Shown here: positions 12,901 through 24,500 of the stretch, one piece after another
Layout: each line of letters opens with the position of its first letter
How positions within the stretch are numbered: position 1 is the stretch's first letter
DNA from: Antedon mediterranea
Lineage: Eukaryota; Animalia; Echinodermata
Direction: 5' to 3'
Assembly: GCF_964355755.1 (NCBI RefSeq)
Contig: NC_092675.1
Location: 28,864,912 to 28,928,911, forward strand
DNA length: 64,000 nt
Position numbers and translations under genes: made by a program
The notes under the pieces: model-generated
Database searches by the model: none
What the model was told of the DNA's origin: nothing
What the model saw: the letters and a program-made list of their open reading frames with translations, nothing else

Positions 12901-15900
12901 AATGAACACCTCTGTCCAAGTAAGTTCAAGTATTTTTTACAGCTAAAATTATTGTTTAATATAATCAAACTGAATACAATTATTTAAATTAAACCAGTAA
13001 AATACGTACGTGTGTGAAGTTTCGACTTGTCAACACAAGTCTTCATCAATGACTGGATGTTAGTGGTTGCTAGGAGCAGCTTTGGTGGTTGTTGGAAAAC
13101 AATAAAATATAAAATATACTTTTGTTTATATAGTCCATGGTGGATACACAGAGTGGACCAAATGGCCAGAGTGCCCAGTAACTTGTGGGGGTGCTGAGAT
13201 ATGGCGCAATAGGAACTGTACCAATCCTGTACCGCAGTATGATGGAGACGACTGTCAGGGACCAAATACAGGGAGTAAACTATGTAATGACATTGTACAA
13301 TGTCCTAGTGAGTATTAGTAGTAATCATTTTATGTAATATTTGTTTCCACTAGGAATTCGAAAGTGTCGGCTTATACGCACGCGTATTCATGTTTCCGTC
13401 TCACAAATCCCTCTCTCTACACATGTGTATAAGCTGACGCTTTCGATTCACACGATCAAATTCGCCTAGTGGAAAATCGGCTTAAATATTTATGATTCGC
13501 ACATCTTTTGTCCTTTTGAGTACTGTATATTGTTACTGTTGTTGTAGCGGTCTTCTTCTGAAGACACTTTGCCATAATTGAGGAATATATTTCCCTGCTG
13601 GTGTTTAGTCACGATCAATATACATATACCAATACGATGCCATACAACTATATTTTAATTTTAACTTTTTTTGATTTGTTTAAAATTAAGATAATCTAGC
13701 TGCCAATGATGTAAATGGCGTATCTATATATGAATTATGCTAAATCTGACATAGGCGAGCACATAAACTCTATGCTTGCTTATCTCATTTTGTCTTATTT
13801 TAATATTACTATTATAATTTTACTCTCTTTAAAACAGTTCATGGTAACTGGGGGCGTTGGCTTTACTGGTCTATGTGTTCCAAGCAATGTGAGGGCGGTG
13901 AATCCAAGCGTATACGTCTTTGCAATAACCCTTCACCTCTGTATGGTGGAAAACAGTGTAATGGTACATCACAAGAAACTAAAACTTGCAATGAACACAG
14001 ATGTCCAGGTAAATGACTAGTTATTGCTAAATAACATGTAACAACCAGGTAAAATGCTACCATATATTATTTTCTAATACATTAGGTCACCTTTCGTCCT
14101 TTTTGTACCTAAAATGAATAAAAAACAGTAATAAACAAATTTGTATTTTAACACAAACTATTGCTATTGATTTATGGCAAAATTACTAATTAATGAATTT
14201 AGAAGTATTTAAGAGCAATTTTAGTATTTAAAGTAATTTTTTTTAATATGTATATATTCTGCTTTAATTTTGTAGTTAAGTCACAAATCTGGACCTTATG
14301 GGCGACCAAGTACTTATGTATTGAATGAGTTTTCCAGAATAAAGAAAGATATGAAAGAATTTTATTCTGTGTTTCTTAAAGTATTTTTAGTAGGACTACT
14401 CATGTAGGCCTACTTTGTATAAATAGTTTTAATTAATGTGTACTTTATAATCACACATTTTATATATGTTTTTTATTTAATAATAACAAATTATATAACT
14501 ATTTGTGTTTTCTGTTTATCTAAAGTTCTATCTACACTATCAAACTAGTTTGACAAAAAAGTGTGCCCAAATATAGTAGTGATATGACATCATCATGTCC
14601 ATAAATAGGCACATCACATTCATTTGTCACATAAAGTTTGATAGTGTGGACAGAGCTTTAGTATTTGCCTCTTAATCATAAACAAAGTTCAACAATAGTT
14701 TGTATCCCTTTTTTCTGTAGTTCATGGTGGTTATTCAAAGTGGTCACCATGGGAACCTTGTTCAAAATCATGCGGTGGTGGCCAGACCCTTCGTACGCGT
14801 ACTTGTACGAATCCTGTTCCGCAATTTGACGGAAATCCATGCTATGGAACGCTGTTTGAAAGGAAGTTATGCTCTGCTTTCTACTGTTCAGGTAAATTTA
14901 AACTGGATTAAAATGTTTAGCGCCCTCTATCATTACTAAACTTTCCAGTTAAAGGTCGTCTAGTGTACATTTTGTTGTTATTACCAATAGAAATCAATTT
15001 ATATTGAAATCATTTGTAAAAATTAAATTATACTGTCTTATGTCTTATGAGAGAACATTAATTTATTATCTGTGACCATATAGGTTTGGGCATGGAGAAT
15101 TTATTTCTCCATGGCTTGGGCCAGAAGCCTACAGTCATTGAATAAATTACGGCAAATAGCCTGAATGAATGTATTGACATTATATTTTGATAAATAATTA
15201 TAATAATCTAGGAGTACCCTCTTAAAAAAAGCATCTATTGACATAATCAGCTACTCTAGAATTATTCAAAGGTTTTTGCACATATTAACACAATAACAGA
15301 TAACATAAATCACTACCGATATTTCCTATTGGAATAGTACATGGTGGGTATTCCGAGTGGAGCGAGTGGTCTCTTTGTCCAGTCAGTTGTGATGGCGGCC
15401 CGTCTCATAGGATTAGAGTCTGCAATAGCCCTTCCCCTAAACATGGCGGTGACCCTTGTGAAGGCCCATCAACAGAGTCAACAATGTGCAACACTATGGA
15501 ATGTCCAGGTAGGAACTTAGTGGTAGATCTGTGTTGGTTTAAAAAATTTAATTTACACAAATGAATGTACATATGAATGTACATATAATAGTTCATTCTT
15601 GTATAGAGCATATATTAAGCTCTCAATGCACTGCACATTATAAACCCCTCCCCCCCCCCCCCCCCCCTCGTCATATCTCAGGGAATTTAACGTTTTTTGA
15701 TTGAGTTTTTTCCAATCTTTAGTGGATGGCAGTTGGACAGCTTGGTCTGATTGGTCAGATTGTAGTCAGACATGTGACCTAGGCTATCGTAGCTCACGTA
15801 GATCCTGTTCTGACCCTCAACCTCAATTTGGAGGCTTGGAGTGTCAAGGGGAAGCTTACAAAATGTACTACTGTCCTGTGCATAGTAGTTGTCCAGGTTT

Positions 15901-17450
15901 GTGGTACAATTCAATTTAGTGACATGCCACTCAACTATGCAGCTTTCATAAAAATCACATGTTCTAACTATTTTTAAACAACTTTATGAATGATCAATTG
16001 ATTCCATTTAGCAACCTTTTTTTTCCTGTGACATGCCACTCAATTATGCAGCTTTCACGTCGAAAAGTCATTCTGCATATGCTCAGAAATGTGTGTAGAA
16101 TGACTGTTAGACTCAACATCTACATGTGACGCATCTGAAACCGAAAGGTTGCTAATATTATTTGAATGCACCGTCAATATTTTATTTTCAAATGGAACAA
16201 TAATGTTCATTTTGATATATTTGTGTTTTTTTTACAGTAATGCCAAGTGCACCGGTAAATATCACGTTCTCAGTGGTGCGTAGTGAACAATATATTGTCA
16301 TTTTTCATTGGGACACCAACGCACAAATTCTATCAACTCAGTATTACAGTATTCAGGTTGGTAAATAATGAATTCTTAATGATGTATATTGAGAGAATAA
16401 AATGACAAGGGGTAAGAAATAAAAGCTTTATGTACAAGTTATATGTTAAATTGTGTCACTACATGGGATATATTAACTCTATTGTTTCATCGTTTAGCTG
16501 ATATAGCATATATGATACCACCTAAATTAAGAGAATCAATATCATAACGCATTTAATGAAAATTCAGCCCGTTTTAAAATTATGTGAAATGTTTTGAGAA
16601 ATAGAGTATCAGGGGGGAAGCTTACAAAATGTACTACTGTCCTGTGTATAGTAGTTGTTTAGGTTTGTGGTCTATTCATTCTTGAAACAGGACATATAGG
16701 CAGATACATAAATTATGTGTGTGATGTGGATCTGTGATTTCTTCATATTAGGCTAAACGACTACAAACCCCAGGCATTGCGACGGGTAACACAACATTCT
16801 ATGACTGGCACACATTTGGTACAGTCTATGGCGCCAAACGAAGCATTGCAGTGAGGAACTCCGACGAGGTGGGCCTGTTCCAGGGTAACTTTGAAGTCAG
16901 AGTCATCTCAGGAAACGTTTATGGTGAAACAGTGTCAAAGGTCATGCAGTTCAATGGTAAGATTTCAATGTTGACAATCTAAGAATAAGTTAGGTCATGT
17001 TAATTCATTGTGCGCATGCAAGTAAATTGGGACATGCTTTCTAAACTCTATTCCTTTATATAGTTTTAATAGTTTCTAGGTGCAGACGAAAAAATATTTG
17101 TATTTTTATAAAATATAAAGTCAAAGTTATAACAGGACAAGAAAAATGTTTTTCTTCTGGTTTTGACCTAATATTTACGCTTTTATTTGCAAAACTCACT
17201 TTATTATATTGTATTTATCTTGACCATATATTAAAAAAACTGTTTTGTCGCAAACAAATCACATCAATGTGTAGGCCTTAGCATACTGGTCGAGTTACCA
17301 AACTATACCCTACCTGATGTTTCTATTAATAATACAATTTTTCTTACAGTTGCAAAATACCTCACTGGTCAATCAGCACACACATCCCCAGCAAGACTTC
17401 TACTGATTATTTTAAGTTGTATATATCTAATTGAATACATTGTCTTTTGA
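3991..17450 (+). CDS. Cell-surface protein: signal peptide + 16 thrombospondin type-1 repeats + FN3 + probable GPI-anchor signal (~1092 aa, 20 coding exons)
   Basis: GT-AG exons that join in frame: 3991-4075 (MYEIKSTFFKLKCVSILILCTMLLHMTLG, signal peptide, context gacaccATG). TSR exons with WxxWxxCxxxCG..RxRxC: 5708-5860, 6338-6502, 6714-6878, 7890-8060, 8555-8725, 9015-9188, 10452-10625, 10908-11078, 11430-11606, 12238-12408, 12704-12919, 13134-13307, 13838-14008, 14721-14891, 15338-15508, 15723-15896. FN3 split over 16238-16356 (PSAPVNITF..IFHW..YYSIQ) and 16752-16956 (..FEVRVISGNVYGE). Last exon 17350-17450 (VAKYLTGQSAHTSPARLLLIILSCIYLIEYIVF*). Total 3279 nt; AATAAA at 17618. Confidence 0.9.
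5030..5270 (-). mobile_element. tRNA-derived SINE with a Deu/Nin-domain-like body
   Basis: - strand head GTGAGTGGCCGAGCGGTTAAGAC..GGTTCGAGGC (Pol III A and B boxes), then GTCTTCTCGGATAAGGACTATAAACCGTAGGTCC..GCACTTTAAAGAACC, resembling the conserved central domain of DeuSINEs. Confidence 0.7.
5420..5659 (+). mobile_element. MITE family A, copy 1 (with extra internal sequence)
   Basis: TIR CTCTGTCTACACTATCAAAC ... GTTGATAGTGTAGACAGAG; core ATGTGATGTGCCCATATATGGACATGATGATGTCATATCACTACCATATTTGGGC shared with copies 2-4. Confidence 0.8.
8814..8947 (+). mobile_element. MITE family A, copy 2
   Basis: AGCTCTGTCTACACTATCAAACT ... TTTGATAGTGTAGA, same core as copy 1. Confidence 0.8.
10650..10727 (-). 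mobile_element. MITE family A, copy 3 (core fragment, inverted)
   Basis: AAATATGGTAGTGATATGACATCATCATGTCTATATATGGGCACATCACATTTTTGTCACAT is the reverse complement of the core. Confidence 0.7.
11856..12120. repeat. 26-bp minisatellite, ~10 copies
   Basis: Unit ACAATATGACAAGAC(A/C)TAAACATACA head-to-tail in an intron. Confidence 0.95.
14522..14660 (-). mobile_element. MITE family A, copy 4 (inverted)
   Basis: AAAGTTCTATCTACACTATCAAACT ... AGTTTGATAGTGTGGACAGAGCTTT with inverted core. Confidence 0.8.
16611..16672 (+). repeat. Intronic relic copy of the 3' end and donor of TSR exon 16
   Basis: GGGGAAGCTTACAAAATGTACTACTGTCCTGTGTATAGTAGTTGTTTAGGTTTGTGGT nearly matches 15848-15905. Confidence 0.85.
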
Positions 17451-18428
17451 AAATTAAATTAAATTTTTACCCTACGGCAAGTTTTTTATTTCTACTTTGT
17501 TTAGGAATTCATCAGCATACAAGATGGTATATCTTTAAAATAATTTTTTTTAAATTTTATTTACATTATAGTTAGTGAATACTTATTGTATATTTTATTA
17601 TTACAGTACTATTTTGAAATAAAGTTTATATAACAGAACTTTTCTGATCATGTGATTTATTTATGAAATAAATATGGTTTTATATTTATGTAAAATATTG
17701 AATCCAAACATGTCATAAATTAAATGAGAATAACTAAAAATATTTTTTTTATATGAAACCATATTACAGTATAACACACCTGAAAGTATCCTTAATTGCC
17801 ATTTTATTGGTTATTTACATATCACATGCCATTCAATATTAGTTCTATTAAATGGAAAAGTGATATTTAATGGTACTATTGCATTTTGAGAATTTTGTGC
17901 AAGGCGGTGCTGTGCAACGGATCCACGTTTGAACATCAACCTGTATTGTGCGGTGTCTATATTGAATGGGCTAGCTTCCAATCAAGCCTTCGGCATTCAA
18001 AATGGAAGGAGTGAACTCATTAAATAAAAAGTTTACTTAAAACAAATAATGAATATTTTGTATTTGTTGAATAAAGATTATATTTTGTTTGTTGAAAGAT
18101 TGACTGTTCCATTAGCAAAGCTCCTTTGTACAATATTTTTAAATATTAAAATGGGGATTATTAAAATGGGGATTTCCAAAATGCATGATCTCAACACATC
18201 TGCATTCATCTTCCAGGTACATCACATGTTATAACTATTTTTAAACAACTTATCAGTGATCAATCGAAACTGTATCTAGTAATGTTTTTATGTTCATTTT
18301 CACTGTACGTAAGTGATTCCATTCTAACTTTAGTTCTTACGCATGCTTATGCTTATACTGCTTACTTTCTTCTCCCATGACAACTAATTAGTCTATCCTC
18401 TTAGCTTTATATATTGCTGACCTTTGAC

Positions 18429-19883
18429 ATGTTGGTAATCATCATCATCGCTCTTATTCACGGATGCATGTTGGCAGATGCCGATCCAGAAATCAGGCTT
18501 ATTTTCAATGACTACTTGAAAACTCATTTAATCGTGGGAGATAAATGCTTATTCATTTGCGAACTGCATAATTTTGGTTCAACTATTACAGCAAGTAATG
18601 TTCGATTTACGAAAAATGGTGAGACTGTTTTAAATTCGCAGCACCACGAAATTACGAATGATGAAAATCCAGTTAATTTGAAACTAAATCAACTACATGA
18701 GGATGACAGTGGAGAATATAGATGTGAGTATGATGGGTTGATGTCCAGTAGTAAAATACTCAAAGTATGGCCAGAATTGGAAGACCCTGTGTGTACACAT
18801 GATGGTACATCGTACTACATCGGTGATGTCATCAAACTTAACTGTAGTACATACTCCTATGATGATCTTACCATAATCTGGAACCCAGATTATGATGGCA
18901 AGACAAGATTTCACAGTGATTCAGTCACTACAGATCAAGTAACGTTCACAGCTGTAGGGCCAACTGGATGTAAACAACCCATATGCCATTACCACGCTTT
19001 AGGGAGAAGTAATCATATAGAGTCATGTTTTTTTGACATCGTCATTAAGCAACGTTTAAGTATTTCACTTGAGACGGTATCAAGTCTTGAGATTGGACAG
19101 ATTGCGGAATTTAGATGTATTGTAAAAAATGACATAAACGAAGTGTTCTACAGCTGGGAATTGCAAAATATTTCCTTGTCTAATGCAACAACTGATAATA
19201 ATTCTTTGATAATTGAAAACTTTGAAAATGTAATGATTGGACTAATTTTAACGTGCACAGTAAATGGAACTTACTCGGAGGGATCAGCTTCTGTGGTACT
19301 GAACCAAGAACAGACAACAACAATAAAATTATTAAAAACATTGGCATCATCAACATTAATTGAAATTAATAACCAAACTATGAATATAAGTTCATCTGAA
19401 CATAAAACAGAGAAACTGACCAAAGTTATTGAGATACTTATAATAGTTGGGTGTACAGCATTCGTTTCCACAGCACTTGTTTTACTTATTCTTTACAAGT
19501 TAGCGACAAGAGCTGATAAATATGAAAATAAAAGCCAGGCTGTGCAAATAAGTACTAAACACACCCCAGATGGTTGTCAGAAAGATATACACGTGAAGAC
19601 AAGTTCTCCTGAGGTTGTGATTAATGGACAACAAACTGAAAAGCCCACCAAGAGTGCTGAGAACATAAACGAATTAACCGAAAAACAACATGGATACATG
19701 GATCTAATAGGAGGCCATCATCACAGCACCGAGCATGAGTACGCAACAAGTATCAGTACCAGTTTGTATAACAATAGTCGACAATTATCATTGTACGCAA
19801 ACAAAATCTACAAAGTTGACAAAGCCGCAACGAAGAACCAATCAGATGAGATAATGGCAGAGCACATTTACCAGGCAATGTAG
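18429..19883 (+). CDS. R0: divergent single-coding-exon three-Ig type-I membrane receptor
   Basis: Signal MLVIIIIALIHGCMLA from ATG 18429. D1 C..DDSGEYRC, VWP-x3-P-x-C linker, D2 and D3 with C..W..C, Thr-rich stalk, TM VIEILIIVGCTAFVSTALVLLILY, Tyr-rich tail. Same architecture as R1-R9. Confidence 0.85.
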   Translation: MLVIIIIALIHGCMLADADPEIRLIFNDYLKTHLIVGDKCLFICELHNFGSTITASNVRFTKNGETVLNSQHHEITNDENPVNLKLNQLHEDDSGEYRCEYDGLMSSSKILKVWPELEDPVCTHDGTSYYIGDVIKLNCSTYSYDDLTIIWNPDYDGKTRFHSDSVTTDQVTFTAVGPTGCKQPICHYHALGRSNHIESCFFDIVIKQRLSISLETVSSLEIGQIAEFRCIVKNDINEVFYSWELQNISLSNATTDNNSLIIENFENVMIGLILTCTVNGTYSEGSASVVLNQEQTTTIKLLKTLASSTLIEINNQTMNISSSEHKTEKLTKVIEILIIVGCTAFVSTALVLLILYKLATRADKYENKSQAVQISTKHTPDGCQKDIHVKTSSPEVVINGQQTEKPTKSAENINELTEKQHGYMDLIGGHHHSTEHEYATSISTSLYNNSRQLSLYANKIYKVDKAATKNQSDEIMAEHIYQAM

Positions 19884-20643
19884 GGACCATTTCCAAATTA
19901 TTTACTGCAGTAACTATATTGTGTTTTGTCACTTCATAAACTTCTACAGTGAACTAAAATCATATATTACTGCAGTAAAATGTAGTTACTGCAGTAACCG
20001 CAGCAGAATCCCTTAAAAAAAAATTGATGATTCCAAATATTCTGTAAAGGTTTATGTTTAGAACACTACAGTGTAATCATCCCTATTAAGGAGACACCTC
20101 CAGGGACCTGTAGTGTGAAAACATGTATTTCCCCTCATTCATTTGTCGGACAAGTTCCTTTTAAAGGGGTGTGTCAAAGGAGGGATTTTACTTCAAGATA
20201 TAATTATGTATATATAGAAAGTGAAAATTAAAATAAACTCTAAAAATATTTTTAAATAAGCATTTTAAAGACAAAAAACTAATTTTCATTTCCAGTTTAG
20301 ATTTATGATATATTTAGATGTATATCCCTTTTCATTTTGTCTTCATTACTTTTAATTAAATTTGTTTTTAAATATTCCATTAACATTAATATATGTTTAG
20401 AACATAATGTGGCAATGTAATGTATTTGACATTTATAATATTTTTGACATTCACATGACATGAATAACTTTCAGTTTAGCAATAACGATCTACTCTACTT
20501 GTTTTTATAATAAACAATTTAATATCTCGGTTTTGATTTCATTAGTTTTCATTATATCATTGGTATCAATGTCACTAAAACAAGGCGCCAGTAAAATCAA
20601 CATTACTTCTTTCATATAGACTACTGAGTGTTATTATAGTTTG

Positions 20644-20958
20644 AAATGCCAACAAGTTATACTAGTTTTGAACAGTCTATACGTCCAGGGTAAACATGAC
20701 AACTGAAACAGCAGAGGGTGCAAATGCCAACAAGTTATACTAGTTTTGAACAGTCTATACGTCCAGGGTAAACATGACAACTGAAACAGCAGAGGGTGCA
20801 AATGCCAACAAGTTATACTAGTTTTGAACAGTCTATACGTCCAGGGTAAACATGACAACTGAAACAGCAGAGGGTGCAAATGCCAACAAGTTATACTAGT
20901 TTTGAACAGTTTATACGTCCAGGGGTAAACATGACAACTGAAACAGCAGAGGGTGCAA
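20644..20958. repeat. 78-bp tandem repeat, 4 near-identical copies
   Basis: AAATGCCAACAAGTTATACTAGTTTTGAACAGTCTATACGTCCAGGGTAAACATGACAACTGAAACAGCAGAGGGTGC at 20644, 20722, 20800 and 20878. Confidence 0.95.
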
Positions 20959-21535
20959 AGATTATATGACATCATTATAATTGGAGATACTCAAAGAGCT
21001 AAAATGGCTAGAGGGCAGACTCCTAACTGGAAGTGATTCCAACTGTATGAGAACCATAAATATGACCGTCATAAATCTATAATCTCATTTCAGATACCTG
21101 ATTAATGGTATTTTTATCCTAACTCTGAAAGATCTATTTAGATTGTAATTCTGCATGATGAATAAACACTAGTAGAGTAGGTTTGCAGTACACCACATGA
21201 ATGAGATCAAGTATGGTAGAGAATGTCTTGACGTTTCGGTTGTGTTAAAACCATCTTTTACCAAAGACGGTTGTAGCATAACAACCAAAATATAGAGATA
21301 GTAATAAACAATAACATTAATTTAAATACTTACATCTGCATTCATGTATTTATATTTATTTGAGTAAATTATATTTTCAATGTAAAAAATCATTGCATCA
21401 TTAAAACAAAATTAAAAGTTTATATAATTTCACATACTTTATACAAAATGGATTTTTTTAAGTTAGATAATCACATAATGTTTTTATAACATTACTTAAC
21501 ATTTTGGCATCATATGCATCACTGAAATAATTGTA

Positions 21536-24500
21536 TTATATTGATATACTTTCCATAATACTTTGGTACTCTTTTTGGTCCTGTACCATTTTCTTAAACA
21601 CAGCATATTTCTTCTTATAGAATGACATGTTTGACCTTATTGGTTCTACAACAGATCCCACCTTACACATGTGTTTCATAGCATCCTAAAAGAAATTATT
21701 TTTATTGTGCTGAACTAAAAATATTTTATTATTATTATTATTTAAGTACTATATTCTGTAAGCTCATACTTGATAGATCCATTGTAACTTCATTTTAAAA
21801 ATCATAAAATTAGGAAAGGTCCAGAAACAAAATATTTTTACAAGAAGATAATAAATGAAGAGGCAAAAATGTTAGAGTCTTTGACTGATTTGATGGAATT
21901 TTCCAGCAAGAGACAGAATACTTTTGAAAAGTTTGATATAGTGAGGTGGCTGAACTGGACTCTTTATCATTATGTTTGATTTTTGATTTGTAGAAGTTCA
22001 TTTTTGTTGCTTGTTGCTGATTTATGAAAGAAAGTCTTTATTTTGTTATTATTGAGTCCAAAAGTAGTAATAAATAACAAATTAAAAACAATTGTTACTA
22101 CCTCAATGGAAATAAGTTTGACCTTTGGTTACTTTTTTGTGTTACCCTGAATTCATTCTTTGTATTTTTTTTATGTTGTGTTATTTTATGAATTCGAATA
22201 AAGAAATGAAAAAAATGAAATGAAAATCTCTTACAATAAAGACAGTAATTAGTACATTAATATTGAATTCATGTTTATAATTATCTTAATAGTTTCTTTG
22301 ATCTTGATACATTTGTGAAACCTGTACTGAAAAGTGATAATGTTTTGTGAAATCCAGGCACATGTTTATTTTGTAATAGCTTTTATATTTAAAATATTCA
22401 TTGTGCTTGAATACTAATACTTTAGTTCTAATAGTGCTGGTGGTGATTAATGTGCTTGCCATCCAATCCCAAGTTTCAATTCTGACCTAGTGCCAGGGTT
22501 GTAACTCATGACTCTTTCAACAAGTACAATAAATTATAACATAGTTTATCCATCCTGTAATTGGCGAGTTGCTCGCTGTTGGATGCGTATGAAGTATAAA
22601 AAAAATAAAAAATGCCCAAAATATGTTCCAATTACCTTAAACTATTGTTAATACCAAAAAATTTACAATTCTTACAACAAAATTCAAAATATACCTATAC
22701 TGATGAAAGTTTAGAGTGGTGATTCAAGCAGGTGTTAAAGTACAACTTTACTGAGAACCACATTTTGACAACGTATTGGGGATGTACATATGATTTCAGA
22801 ACAATTGCAAGATTGTACAGCAACCTTTAGTAGTTGAATACCTTTAAAAAATGACCTGAATTGTGTTACTAACCTGAACATCTTCAAACTGTGATGAAGC
22901 ACACGCCCCCAAGATAGCAGCACCTACAAGAACAGAATCGCATTCTTTAGGCAACATTACAGGTAATCCTACAAAAAGAATAAATAACGTCTTAATTAAA
23001 AATTAAAATTATAAATCACATTTAAAATAAGAAACTTATTTTCAAAGATATTTTTAGATAGTGGATATATTTGTGGCGGTAGTTTAGTGATTAGGACTAT
23101 CATGCAGAAAGACCTAGGTTCAATTGACGGCAAGTGTAACTCCCAGTCAACATGGCTGTAAATCAGGTTTTTAAAACTTTTTGTTAGGTACTGAAGTGAT
23201 TTAATTGAGACCAGAAACTAAATGTTATATAGATTGTGTTCTGTGAATGAATTTAATATTGTAAAGATAATTATATACAAATGTATTTTTTCTTTTTTGT
23301 TTGTTTATGAGTCTTGCGTGACAAGAAATCTCTTCTTGCAAGATCCTCTATTAATGGTATTTTTGTATTGTCTCATTATAAACTAGAAAGCCACTCCGAG
23401 CGTTCATACCTCAGCCTACTGTAAAATTTTTGAGTAATCCTGCTAAAAAACAAACAAACACACGCTACCGATTACATATACCTCCTTGGCGGAGGTAAAT
23501 TACCACTCTTTTTATTGTATTGCTTTACCATTGATAGAAACTAATAAATAAATGTTGAATGTGATGTGAACACTAGTAAAGTAGGTTTGCCATACACCAT
23601 GTGTTGTCAAAAAGAAATATAGCATGGTTGAGAATGTTGTTATGCTACAATCAGTTGACTCCCTGCTACAACCGTCTTTTGGAAAATGCTAGTAGAAGCC
23701 ATGGTCAATTAAATGGAGTAATTATTGAAGAGTGATAATTTGAATGGCATGACTAACCTGTAACATCTGCATGTACCTGTACAAACAGTTTGTTCTTACT
23801 AAGACCTCCACAAGAAAATACAGAACTGAAGCTATGGCCAGCTTTTTCCATAGATTCTATGATATGCTTCGTACCCAACTATGTAAATAAAATCAATATT
23901 AGTAATTTTTAATTGTAGCAAAATTAAATTAATGTTTTTTTATCATAGCCAAAAAACCATTTTTTGTTTCGTTTCATTTATTTATTTATTTGACCAACAT
24001 CAATCAATCAATATCAATACAATGACATACAAAACAAGAAGGAGATGAAAACTGCTGGGCAACTTTAGCAAAATTGCTAGTGTAACTCACTAGCTACCCA
24101 TGGAACTTATTTCCTGTATTCTGTGCTATTTCTCATTGATGTGTCATAAATTTAAAAAAACACATTTACATAATCAGTTTGTGACATAACAAATTGTGAC
24201 CAACCATGATTGAAAATCACAAGTATATATATTCTCTCTCTATTTTTCTAAGTATTTGTTCAGTTTCTAGTAATTTAATGTTGATAATGTTTGCAATTTA
24301 TTAATCATATAGCTACACATATTGGACTCATCTATAATGTTTCATTTTCATATACTTTCTGTAAACTTACTGCAATTGCTTGGATAGTCGCCAAATACAA
24401 CAATGCCAAACTTTCAATCGATGAAGATAATGCTAACCCGGAAATCTGAAAAAATAAATGGGTAAAACAATCACTCCTTATATGGACATTAATAAACAAA

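Noticed and set aside
3991-17450. Calling the TSR gene hemicentin, SCO-spondin, ADAMTS or semaphorin-5
   Set aside because: No vWA, Ig, EGF, protease or Sema exons; the signal exon splices directly to TSR1 and the gene ends after one FN3.
11856-20958. 26-bp and 78-bp repeats as CRISPR arrays or repeat proteins
   Set aside because: Head-to-tail units without unique spacers, eukaryotic context and no cas genes; the ORFs are repeat translations.
22435-23165. Two possible decayed SINE heads in FGGY introns
   Set aside because: Too degenerate to support from the sequence alone.
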